The notes beneath the pieces are model-generated. The model ran no database searches. It had not been told where the DNA came from and saw nothing but the letters and a program-made list of their open reading frames with translations. This document shows, one piece after another, positions 9,367 through 17,709 of a DNA stretch of 64,000 nucleotides (its first letter is position 1; each line of letters begins with the position of its first letter). The stretch comes from Bacteroidota bacterium (GTDB lineage: Bacteria > Bacteroidota > Ignavibacteria > Kapaibacteriales > UBA2268), in assembly GCA_021824625.1 (NCBI GenBank), contig JAKAKE010000186.1:3995-67994 (forward strand), given 5' to 3'. The position numbers were made by a program, and so were the translations under genes.

Positions 9367-9723
9367 ATGAAAGAAAATATTATTAAAGAAAAAAGCTTTG
9401 ATTTTGCCAAAAGGATTGTAAGATTATATAAGTTCTTGGTATCCGATAAAAAGGAATATGTGTTAGCCAAGCAATTACTAAAAAGTGGGACATCAATTGG
9501 TGCTAATATTGAGGAGGCATTATGAGCTCAATCAAAAAATGATTTTATATCAAAAATTAGCATATCTTATAAGGAAGCAAGAGAGACACATTATTGGATA
9601 AGGTTACTCTATGAGACAGACTATTTAACAAAAAAGCAAAGTGAATCTTTGCTAAAAGATGTTGAAGAAATCTTGAAGCTTATTACCAGTATTCAAAAAT
9701 CATTAAAAAAAATTAGTAATTAG
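9367..9723 (+). pseudogene. Four-helix-bundle protein (23S rRNA intervening-sequence protein family) with an in-frame TGA
   Basis: MKENIIKEKSFDFAKRIVRLYKFL...SGTSIGANIEEAL*AQSKNDFISKISISYKEARETHYWIRLL. TGA at 9523-9525 sits where homologues have Gly (as I recall). Confidence 0.75.
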
Positions 9724-9764
9724 TAATTAGTATTTAGTAATTAGTAATTAGTAATTAGTAATTA
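9710..9764. repeat. Heptamer microsatellite (AATTAGT)n, about 7.5 units
   Basis: Contains the stop of the pseudogene (TAG 9721-9723) and the stop of the minus-strand HlyD gene (9762-9764). Confidence 0.9.
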
Positions 9765-10667
9765 AAACCTAACCTCTCCCGGCATGCCGATTTTTAATTG
9801 TCCGTCATTCTTCACTTTCACTTTGATTGCATAAACCATATTCACTCTCTCGTCCTTTGTTTGAATGATTTTCGGAGTGAATTCAGATTGTGAAGAAATC
9901 CAACTAATTATTCCTTGGAATGAATTCAGTCCTTTTTTGTCCTTATCAATAATGATTTTGACTTTCTGTCCGATTTCAATTTTCGGAAGCTGGCCTCCGC
10001 TGATGTAAGCCTTCAGGTACATTATGCTGATGTCGGCAATTTTATAAAGCGGTTTTCCTGCTACGGCTATTTCATAGGGCTCGGCATATTTATTCAGCAC
10101 AGTTCCTCCGACAGGATTAATAATCACACTTTTTTTCAGCAGGTCTTCTACTTGTGCAATTTGCGCATCCAGAGATTTCAGTTCATTTATAATCGTTCCA
10201 TTCTGCGTTTCAATCTGATTGATTTGCTTGTTAATGACAATTATGCTTCCGTTTATATCATCAAGCTGTTTCTGTGTAGCGGCTTTGCTATTGAACATAG
10301 CCTCGATTCGCTTCTGGTCTTTTTCAACATTCGCTTTCTGTACTTTCAGTACATTGATTTGAGCAATAACGGAATTGAATTTCGTGCTGATTGCCTTTTT
10401 ACTTGCTTCGAGTTGTTCCTTTTTTAAATAAAGCTGGGTTGTGTCAATCACCCCAACCATTTCACCGGCTTTGAGCGTTTGTCCTTCTTCGATATTGAAA
10501 ACAATAAGATTGCCTGTTGCTTCAGCGGAAATTGTGATTTCAGTTGCTTCAAAATTGCCATAAGCATCTGATAAATCATTCCCATCTGAACAGGCGGATA
10601 ATACCAAACCTATACAAAATAATATTATTTTTAATTTCATATTTATACCCATCAATTTAATTTTCAA
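9762..10667 (-). CDS. HlyD-family periplasmic adaptor (YbhG-like). The likely start is the lipoprotein-type Met at 10640.
   Basis: Signal + LSAC lipobox, long coiled-coil segment, and C-terminal beta-barrel motif GMPGEVRF. Confidence 0.8.
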   Translation of the reverse strand: MKIKLMGINMKLKIILFCIGLVLSACSDGNDLSDAYGNFEATEITISAEATGNLIVFNIEEGQTLKAGEMVGVIDTTQLYLKKEQLEASKKAISTKFNSVIAQINVLKVQKANVEKDQKRIEAMFNSKAATQKQLDDINGSIIVINKQINQIETQNGTIINELKSLDAQIAQVEDLLKKSVIINPVGGTVLNKYAEPYEIAVAGKPLYKIADISIMYLKAYISGGQLPKIEIGQKVKIIIDKDKKGLNSFQGIISWISSQSEFTPKIIQTKDERVNMVYAIKVKVKNDGQLKIGMPGEVRF

Positions 10668-10765
10668 TTTTCAATTTCTAATTTCCAATAAATTTAATAA
10701 TTTTAAATTTTTAATTTTAAAATTCCGCTTCGTTCATTTTGCATTTTTACATTATCAAATATAAT

Positions 10766-12049
10766 TTACATTTTACCCAAAATTGTAAGGTAATTCACCT
10801 TCGTCTTTACTAATTCGATTTTGTGAATTTCCAATGATTGTACGGCAAATGCTTCTGCATTGACCTCTGCGACATATTCAGTTGCTGTTATAATACCGTT
10901 GTCGAGTTGGCTGGAAGTCTGTGCAACAATTTTTTTTCTTAATTCAATTATTTGTTTATCCTTTTCAATCATCCTTTCTAATTTATCAATTTCATTGATA
11001 TGAGTCTGCAATGAAATTGATAAATTCATAGCAAATAATTCTTCCTGGGTATTCAGAATATCTTTCTGAATCTTCAAGGCCTCATTATCGCGGCTTGTTA
11101 TGTTCCAGTTCCATAAGTTCCATGATGCTTTTATACCCACAATGTAAAAAGTCTGAAAATCCGGGTTAAACATATTAAAACCCGGGCGGCCGTACATTGC
11201 CTGTCCGAAAACAGAAAGTTTAGGATAATATTTTGCATTGTTCAATCCCTGGAGAGCATCGAGAGACGTCTTGTTCAATGAGAATAGCTCATATTCTTTT
11301 CTGAATCTGGATGTATCTGGATACGGAGCATACGAAGGAACAGGAAGTTCGAAATCATCTGAAAGTTCATAAGAATTTTTTGTGAGTATATTTAATGAAT
11401 TAATCAGTGAGGCGGCATTTGTGAACAACTCATCTTGTGCCTGTTGTATTTTCAATATTTCAGCTTCGATAATATCGGCATTGCTTTGAAGAAGCACACC
11501 ATTGCTTATTCTTACTTTTATAGTATTCAACTTCTCAAACAAATCGCTTTTAGTGATTTCCAATTGGCCGATTTTTATTCTTATTATTAAAATATTAAAG
11601 TAAATATCATTAATTATTTTTTTCAGATTGTATAAGTCGGCTTCTATGCTTTTTTGAGTAGCCGAGCTTTGAGCCGCTTCAACTTCCTTTGAGTTAGATA
11701 CAATTCCACCATCCCAAATTAACTGGTCAACGCTAATCCCAGCCTTGTACTGGTCTTTATCCTGTTGTGGTATAACGATACCGGGAAAAGGTATTACTAT
11801 TTTGGTAACATCCGACTGATATGTTGCTTGCCCGAAAAGGTTTAATTCAGGAAGATATTTTGAACTGATATTTTCTATTTTCAGTTCTGAAATATTTTTC
11901 TGATATTCAATCTGTTTAACTGTAGGATAGTTCTTTATTGCAGATTCATAGCAGTCATTCAAAGTTACTTTGTTGGCTGAATATAATTGAAACGTAAAAA
12001 TTATTGAAACACTAATTGTAATAAATATTTTCACAATATACTCCATCAC
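10766..12049 (-). CDS. TolC-family outer-membrane efflux protein
   Basis: Signal peptide, two-repeat helical/beta architecture, 427 aa. Overlaps the TetR stop by 4 bp. Confidence 0.8.
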   Translation of the reverse strand: MMEYIVKIFITISVSIIFTFQLYSANKVTLNDCYESAIKNYPTVKQIEYQKNISELKIENISSKYLPELNLFGQATYQSDVTKIVIPFPGIVIPQQDKDQYKAGISVDQLIWDGGIVSNSKEVEAAQSSATQKSIEADLYNLKKIINDIYFNILIIRIKIGQLEITKSDLFEKLNTIKVRISNGVLLQSNADIIEAEILKIQQAQDELFTNAASLINSLNILTKNSYELSDDFELPVPSYAPYPDTSRFRKEYELFSLNKTSLDALQGLNNAKYYPKLSVFGQAMYGRPGFNMFNPDFQTFYIVGIKASWNLWNWNITSRDNEALKIQKDILNTQEELFAMNLSISLQTHINEIDKLERMIEKDKQIIELRKKIVAQTSSQLDNGIITATEYVAEVNAEAFAVQSLEIHKIELVKTKVNYLTILGKM

Positions 12050-12657
12050 TTTTTTCTTAATGATTTCATAACAAATTCAGGAAGATATTTTTTCCTTTCA
12101 ATAATGAACTGCTTAAATTCCTCATCCGATAAACTTAAGCCAATTTGTAAAATCGGCTTTGCCGCAAAAGGGAAAATTGCAAGTGATAATAAACTTACGA
12201 GAATATGCTTCGGGTCTTGTTTTTCAATCCTTCCGTCATCTATTTCATTTTTAATCTGCTTGAGAAATTTCTTTGGAATGGCTTCGATGTTCTTTTTGAA
12301 GAATGACTGTAAACGCTCGGGATTGTGTGCCGCTTCGTGCATAATAAAATTTGGTATATGCGGATTCTTCAAAAGCAAGTCAATGTATTTAGAGAAAAAA
12401 GTATTAATCTTCTTCTCAAATGGTTCGTCAGAATCGAGTATTTCGAGAATTTGCGGCAGAAAAATCTTTAATGAATCGAGAAAAACAGCTTCGAAGATTT
12501 TATCCTTGCTTCGGAAATAATAATGCAGAAGAGCTTTGTTAATACAGGCTTCATCTGCGATTTCCTGCATACGCGTGCCATAAAAGCCACGCCTTAGGAA
12601 AACAGCATGAGCCGCTTTGAGTATTGCTTCCTCCGAATGATGCTCTGTCTGTGCCAT
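12046..12657 (-). CDS. TetR/AcrR-family transcriptional regulator
   Basis: N-terminal HTH ILKAAHAVFLRRGFYGTRMQEIADEACINKALLHYYF. Confidence 0.85.
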   Translation of the reverse strand: MAQTEHHSEEAILKAAHAVFLRRGFYGTRMQEIADEACINKALLHYYFRSKDKIFEAVFLDSLKIFLPQILEILDSDEPFEKKINTFFSKYIDLLLKNPHIPNFIMHEAAHNPERLQSFFKKNIEAIPKKFLKQIKNEIDDGRIEKQDPKHILVSLLSLAIFPFAAKPILQIGLSLSDEEFKQFIIERKKYLPEFVMKSLRKK

Positions 12658-12677
12658 TATTAATTAAATAAAATAAG

Positions 12678-12721
12678 TTTAACCGTATAATTTAACCAAA
12701 ACATTTAACCATTTAGTTAAA
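12678..12721. promoter_or_regulatory. Candidate TetR operator/promoter region: TTTAACC x3 at 13-bp spacing. The last copy forms the palindrome TTTAAC-N6-GTTAAA.
   Basis: TTTAACC at 12678, 12691 and 12704. Inverted GTTAAA at 12716-12721. Located 21-64 bp upstream of the TetR start codon. Confidence 0.3.
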
Positions 12722-12795
12722 TTCAAAATTAATAAATTTCTGTAACCCTGCAAATTTTTTTTATTCTCAATTATCTGATTAGTTTGTAACAATAT

Positions 12796-12930
12796 TTTTC
12801 TCCCTTTATTAAAGGGAGACTAAGAAGGATTATTAACAAAGTTTTCTCCCTTTACAAAAGGGAGACTAAGAGGGATTATTAACAAAGTTTTCTCCCTTTA
12901 TAAAAGGGAGACTAAGAGGGAATATTAATA
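12796..12930. repeat. Tandem repeat, 46-bp unit x about 3, each with a CTCCCTTTA-N-TAAAGGGAG palindrome
   Basis: Unit starts at 12796, 12842 and 12888. Confidence 0.9.
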
Positions 12931-12955
12931 AATATATAACAAAGCGAAATCAAAC

Positions 12956-13870
12956 ATGAATATTATCGAAGGTAGTTACATTAATGCCGGGAAAAAGAAT
13001 TTATATGTGAAAATTCTTGGTGAAGGTTTTCCTGCTGTGGTTATTGAACCTGCATGGGGAGGCTTATCTTCAGAATGGCAGGAAATTCAATATGAGTTGT
13101 CAAAACATACGACTGTTATAACTTATGACCGTGCCGGCTATGGAGAAAGCCCAAAAGGTGAACTGCAGCGTGATGGCAAACACATTGCAACCGAACTTTA
13201 TACAATGCTTTCAAATACTAACATACGTGAGCCATACATCTTTGTAGGTCATTCGGCAGGCGGTCTTTATGTTCAGCTTTATGTTAAAATGTTCCCTATG
13301 GATGTGGCAGGTATTATTCTTGTTGATTCAATAACCGCTGATAATGAAGAATTCGACAAGCTGGATGTCCAGACATATCAATCAACTGTTTCTTTTCCTG
13401 CACGAATGGCAAACATCAGGAAGCTGCTTGAAATAGATAAAGAACAGTTTTCAGCGCAGATATTACCATTGCTTCAAAATCTTTATAACGGAATGGCTGA
13501 TGACATTAAGCAACAGCTAATAGCTTACCAAACTGAGCAGGACTTTTATCAAACTCTGATTGATGAGTATGATGCTTCTTTCGAAACATACAAGCAACTA
13601 AAAGAAATAAAAATGCTTCCTAATTTTCCTCTGAAAGTTCTTTGCAGGGATTATAAAGTTATGCTCGATATTTCTAAGCAAATCGGAATACCTGAAGAAG
13701 AAGCCCGTGCTGTAGAGGAACTTTGGCTTAAACAAAGCAAAAACTTACTGAATCTATCTTCAAACAGTGAATTTTATTTAGTGTCTGACAGCAGTCATTC
13801 AATCCACCAGACGAGACCTGATGCGGTGATTAAAGCGGTTGTAGATATGGTGGAGAAGGTGAGAGGGTAG
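12956..13870 (+). CDS. Alpha/beta-fold hydrolase
   Basis: Nucleophile elbow VGHSAGG. C-terminal SSHSIHQ (His of the triad). Confidence 0.75.
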   Translation: MNIIEGSYINAGKKNLYVKILGEGFPAVVIEPAWGGLSSEWQEIQYELSKHTTVITYDRAGYGESPKGELQRDGKHIATELYTMLSNTNIREPYIFVGHSAGGLYVQLYVKMFPMDVAGIILVDSITADNEEFDKLDVQTYQSTVSFPARMANIRKLLEIDKEQFSAQILPLLQNLYNGMADDIKQQLIAYQTEQDFYQTLIDEYDASFETYKQLKEIKMLPNFPLKVLCRDYKVMLDISKQIGIPEEEARAVEELWLKQSKNLLNLSSNSEFYLVSDSSHSIHQTRPDAVIKAVVDMVEKVRG

Positions 13871-13873
13871 AAT

Positions 13874-14134
13874 TTATACCAAAGGTTCAATCTTTTTTAA
13901 TCCTTTGTGATTTTGAGCTAAATTCCAATTATCCATAAGTTCGTTCTTGTGAATCGCAGCCCACTCCATAACCAAGCCAAGAACCCTTGGTGGCAGATTA
14001 CCGATTATTATATTCAGATCGTTGATTGAAATCTCAGCATTAAATTCATTGTATGTTGCGTGGAAATGTGGCGGCTGATGTTCACTGAAGAACATTGATA
14101 TTATTATTCCGAAAAATCTGCTAATTTGTGGCAT
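13874..14134 (-). CDS. DUF4160-domain protein
   Basis: MPQISRFFGIIISMFFSEHQPPHFHATY signature. Confidence 0.75.
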   Translation of the reverse strand: MPQISRFFGIIISMFFSEHQPPHFHATYNEFNAEISINDLNIIIGNLPPRVLGLVMEWAAIHKNELMDNWNLAQNHKGLKKIEPLV

Positions 14135-14408
14135 ATTCTAACTCGGTTTGTTCCCACTCCCTGAAAGTCATATTTCTTAGTTCCAAATATAGACTATTAG
14201 GACATAATTCAATGATTTTATTCCAGGCAATCGCATTTGTTTCATTACTGATATACACTTTTGAAAATAAATCATTTTCATCCCAATCATTGAATACTCC
14301 TTTATGTGCCAAATGGGATAAATCTAATTCACCTTCGACATCATCGGAATATTTAAGCCAGATTTTATAATTATCAAGTGACTTTACCATTAATGGTTTT
14401 GGGAACAT
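14121..14408 (-). CDS. DUF2442-domain protein
   Basis: Pattern V..L.NYKIWLKYSD...ELDLS...GVF..W...LF..V.I....AIAW. Overlaps the DUF4160 gene by 14 bp. Confidence 0.7.
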   Translation of the reverse strand: MFPKPLMVKSLDNYKIWLKYSDDVEGELDLSHLAHKGVFNDWDENDLFSKVYISNETNAIAWNKIIELCPNSLYLELRNMTFREWEQTELEYATN

Positions 14409-14463
14409 TTTTTCAATTATTTATTGTTAAACATATCAAATTTAGAAACGTTTCTATAATATT

Positions 14464-14504
14464 ATTATTATTGACTTTTTTCCTTTGGTGGTATTGTAAT
14501 GAAG
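14464..14504. repeat. 41-bp junction element, copy 1
   Basis: ATTATTATTGACTTTTTTCCTTTGGTGGTATTGTAATGAAG. 39/41 identical to 15413-15453. Confidence 0.85.
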
Positions 14505-14525
14505 ATGAAATAAGAATAAAGAATA

Positions 14526-14858
14526 TTACAAATACTCTTCTATTTCTTTTTTCAATAGTGGAATATGTTTTAATATAATTCCCCATATAATTTCATCAGA
14601 AATATTATCATATGAATGAATAATCCTATTTCTTAAATCTATAATTTGTCTTGAATTTTGAATTTCAAATCCCGGAGATATTTTTAAAATTCTATTTATT
14701 GCTTCACCGATAATTTCAAGATTTCTTTGTACCGCTCTTTTGGTTTTGATATCCTTGCAGAAATCTGAAAAAATTCTTGGTTTATCTTCAAAATAAGATG
14801 CTATCTCATTAATAGAATTTAATATATCATGTAAATAAGTTCTGATTAATTCATCCAT
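14526..14858 (-). CDS. hepT: HepT-type HEPN (DUF86) toxin
   Basis: RNRIIHSYDNI (Rx4H) motif. 8-bp overlap with the upstream MNT gene. Confidence 0.8.
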   Translation of the reverse strand: MDELIRTYLHDILNSINEIASYFEDKPRIFSDFCKDIKTKRAVQRNLEIIGEAINRILKISPGFEIQNSRQIIDLRNRIIHSYDNISDEIIWGIILKHIPLLKKEIEEYL

Positions 14859-15192
14859 ATATAAGAACCTTGCTATTATCTATTGATTTTATCAAATATG
14901 GATTATTCAATGCCTGTTTTTCGAGTAAATCTATATCTCTTTTCAATAAATCATGTATAGCAAATTTTAAACTGAAATAATTATCCGGATAAGACTCAAG
15001 TTCCATATGTTTGAAACTGACAACAAAGTCATAATCACTATCCTCTCTTAAATTATCTTTCAAGGCTGAACCGAATAAATAGAGTGATTCAACTTTGTGT
15101 AATACACAAAGCTTACGAATATCATCAATAATTTCTTTACTTAAATTCATAATATTATACAAAATCTTTTTTTTCTTTAAATTAAAAAACAA
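14851..15192 (-). CDS. mntA: MntA-type nucleotidyltransferase antitoxin
   Basis: LYLFGSALKDNLREDSDYDFVV motif. Paired with the DUF86 gene. Confidence 0.8.
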   Translation of the reverse strand: MFFNLKKKKILYNIMNLSKEIIDDIRKLCVLHKVESLYLFGSALKDNLREDSDYDFVVSFKHMELESYPDNYFSLKFAIHDLLKRDIDLLEKQALNNPYLIKSIDNSKVLIYG

Positions 15193-15217
15193 AAATAAAA
15201 AATAAAATCTATATGAA

Positions 15218-15409
15218 TTAATTGGACTTAAGAATTACTTCCAGACATCCTCTTATTGCATCTTTGATATTTTCAACTGCTTCTTCGATTGTCTCGCTTT
15301 GTGAATGACATCCGGGTATTGCGGGACAATGTGATACATACCCCAAATCTTCCCCTTCTTCAACTACAATTCTGTAATGCATATTTAAGTCTTTTAATAA
15401 ATTATTCAT
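15218..15409 (-). CDS. HicB-like (UPF0150) antitoxin-fold protein, orphan (no adjacent HicA)
   Basis: YRIVVEEGEDLGYVSHCPAIPGCHSQSETIEEAVENIKDAIRGCLEV parallels the HicB at 19154-19390. Confidence 0.7.
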   Translation of the reverse strand: MNNLLKDLNMHYRIVVEEGEDLGYVSHCPAIPGCHSQSETIEEAVENIKDAIRGCLEVILKSN

Positions 15410-15412
15410 TTC

Positions 15413-15453
15413 ATTGTTATTGACTTTTTTCCTTAGGTGGTATTGTAATGAAG
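15413..15453. repeat. 41-bp junction element, copy 2
   Basis: ATTGTTATTGACTTTTTTCCTTAGGTGGTATTGTAATGAAG. Confidence 0.85.
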
Positions 15454-15488
15454 AAGAGGATTAAAGTATTCTCATTAATTATCAGAAC

Positions 15489-16583
15489 TTAGTTATCAAT
15501 ATCATTAAATACACTATTTGCTTTTGAAATATAAGCTAATTCTGACCCTTCGGATTTAATTTCCAAGTCATGTAATTCAATCTCTTCCTTTTTTAATTGA
15601 AAATTCCATTTGAATAATTCGCTGAAATTACCCTTTAATAAATTTTCTATAAATCCGATACTTCTATAAATTAACTTTTCTTGTTTTAATATTTTGGTTA
15701 GGATTTTATGTTTGATTAAAGAATTCTCGTATTGTATTAAAAGATATTCTATTTTCTCTTCAATTTCGTGAATATTTAGATTGGAGTTTGATATATCATT
15801 AACAAAATTCTTTAAACCTAAAAAATACAAATAAGAATCAGAATCATTTTTAAAATTAAATATATCCTCCCATTGACAATCCTCAGAAGGCATAGGTAAT
15901 TTATTAATAATTATCTTAAGTACTGAATGTTTTTTAGTTTCAATATTTTCAATTGGCAAAATGTTGTTGACTATAGGAACAGAATCATATTCAATATGAT
16001 GATTGAACCATATTGATTCTTCTCTGACTGCAATCTCATGTGCAAGATTAATTATTTCAAAATCTTTATAAAATCCAATTAATTCTTTTCTTTTTGGGAA
16101 ATCATCATTTTTTATAGAACCCTCTTTTAATATTGCCTTCATCTCTTCAATACTTATTGGTGATCCATAAATTTTTCGTATATCTTTACAATAATCTCTA
16201 TTATTTGTATAATTTAATAGATAATTACTAAATTCTCTACTAAGTTTTTGACATTTACTAATATATTTATTATCAATATCAAACATTGTGGCTCTTTTAA
16301 TAATGATTTTATCATTTTCAAGAAGATAATCTAATTCTTTATCTAATTTTTTTATGTTTTCTGGTGAATTATGTTTTTTTGAATTTAGGTATATATAATA
16401 ATAGTAGTCAAATAATATTAAGTTATCAAAAGTTCTTACTTTTTCAAATGGATTTTCATTTTTAACTTCGAATTTCCATTCATTTAATCCAATAATAAAT
16501 AATTTATCAAAAATGAGGTAATCCTGTTTGAGATTTTCAACTGTCAGATTATTTAAGGATCTAATACCGATTAACTTCTTCAT
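15489..16583 (-). CDS. Hypothetical 364-aa protein, no recognisable domain, AT-rich
   Basis: Long uninterrupted ORF in very AT-rich DNA. K/N/I/E-rich, and I could find no nucleotide-binding or nuclease motif. Confidence 0.55.
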   Translation of the reverse strand: MKKLIGIRSLNNLTVENLKQDYLIFDKLFIIGLNEWKFEVKNENPFEKVRTFDNLILFDYYYYIYLNSKKHNSPENIKKLDKELDYLLENDKIIIKRATMFDIDNKYISKCQKLSREFSNYLLNYTNNRDYCKDIRKIYGSPISIEEMKAILKEGSIKNDDFPKRKELIGFYKDFEIINLAHEIAVREESIWFNHHIEYDSVPIVNNILPIENIETKKHSVLKIIINKLPMPSEDCQWEDIFNFKNDSDSYLYFLGLKNFVNDISNSNLNIHEIEEKIEYLLIQYENSLIKHKILTKILKQEKLIYRSIGFIENLLKGNFSELFKWNFQLKKEEIELHDLEIKSEGSELAYISKANSVFNDIDN

Positions 16584-16680
16584 TACAAACCGTCAAAGTT
16601 TATTAAATTAAAAAAATCTTGTGATTTCACATTAAGAGCAGAAAATTAATCTTGATTTATAATAAATCTTTGTTTATTTC

Positions 16681-16890
16681 CTATTCTTCACAAAATTCAA
16701 TAGTTAACTTATTTTTTAATTTGTCATTTTCAACTTTACAATCTTTTATTTTTATTTTAACATTTTTTCTGCCTGTTTTATTTTCAATTTCAGTCTTTAT
16801 TTCGCTTATAGCATTGTTGATTTTTTTTGCAATATCTGGACCATAGTTACCTGTTAAAGCTGTTTGGGAGTCAATTGGAAATTTATTCAT
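16681..16890 (-). CDS. Hypothetical small protein (69 aa from MNKFPIDSQ...)
   Basis: AAGGA RBS-like sequence upstream of ATG 16890. The longer ORF-track start (16953) adds a hydrophobic low-complexity leader. Confidence 0.35.
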   Translation of the reverse strand: MNKFPIDSQTALTGNYGPDIAKKINNAISEIKTEIENKTGRKNVKIKIKDCKVENDKLKNKLTIEFCEE

Positions 16891-17027
16891 ATCATTTTTC
16901 CTTAAATAATAAAAAAACGCAAATTTATAAAAAAAAACAATGATAGTGAACAAATTTAAAAATTTATTTAAAATAACATCTCAATTCCACGTCTATACAA
17001 TAAATGTCTATACAAATAATTTGAAAA

Positions 17028-17477
17028 GTGTGTATGCGGTTGGAAGATGAAATAATGCAGAAGAAGTTCAAGAGTGAGTACCATAAATTGCTGATAAATA
17101 TAATTTTTACAGGTAATTGGGTGAATGCTGAGAGTATTAAATTCCTTAAGCAATTTGGTATTTCACCTCAACAGTATAACCTGATGAGGATACTCAGGGG
17201 GAGGCATCCTGAATCTGCCTCCATTACTCTTCTGACTGAAAGAATGTTGGATAAAATGTCAAATGCAAGCCGCTTAGTTGAGAAATTGAAAAAGAAAAGT
17301 CTTGTCGAGAGAATTGAATGTCCCAACGACAGGCGAAAGGTAGAAGTTACAATTAATGAAAAAGGATTGGAACTTTTGAAAAAAATTGATGATTATGAGT
17401 ATGAAAAGAATTTTAAGAATTTATCGGTAACAGAAGCTAAACTCCTAAATTCATTACTTGATAAATTCAGAGGATAG
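17028..17477 (+). CDS. MarR-family transcriptional regulator (likely start 17055)
   Basis: Winged-HTH ITLLTERMLDKMSNASRLVEKLKKKSLVERIECPNDRRKVEVTINEKG. Confidence 0.8.
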   Translation: MCMRLEDEIMQKKFKSEYHKLLINIIFTGNWVNAESIKFLKQFGISPQQYNLMRILRGRHPESASITLLTERMLDKMSNASRLVEKLKKKSLVERIECPNDRRKVEVTINEKGLELLKKIDDYEYEKNFKNLSVTEAKLLNSLLDKFRG

Positions 17478-17709
17478 TCTATTTAAAAGTATTTAAAATT
17501 TTAAAATTTAAAGTGAATTTTTAATGTAAAAAATTTAAAAAAATAAAAATCATAATGTAGGAACGAACCGATGTGTCAGCCCAATTAAAAATTTAAAATT
17601 TATTAAAAATTGAAAATTATAAATTAATAATTATAATCACGAATAGCTTACTTAAAAATAGAATGTAGGATTAAATATTGTTTGTTAAATAAAAAATGAA
17701 GGAGAAAAT

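Noticed and set aside
9523-9525. In-frame TGA as recoding (Gly in code 25, or selenocysteine)
   Set aside because: TGA clearly terminates other full-length genes here (for example xth at 24377-24379, the methyltransferase at 18697-18699 and paralogue 4 at 31160-31162). No SECIS-like hairpin follows. A nonsense pseudogene is the simpler reading.
12104-12520. 138-aa plus-strand ORF
   Set aside because: Antisense to the TetR regulator gene.
13174-13189. Sigma-54-like motif TGGCAAACACATTGCA
   Set aside because: The spacing is correct, but it lies in the middle of the alpha/beta hydrolase coding sequence with no downstream gene start. Probably a chance match.
14378-14578. 66-aa plus-strand ORF
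   Set aside because: It spans the 41-bp junction element and the AT-rich spacer. Its composition is hydrophobic and low-complexity, and there is no RBS.
14464-15453. The 41-bp junction elements as integron attC sites
   Set aside because: There is no integron integrase or attI in the window. The element lacks the imperfect inverted-repeat (R''-L''/L'-R') structure of attC. It is kept as an unexplained repeat instead.
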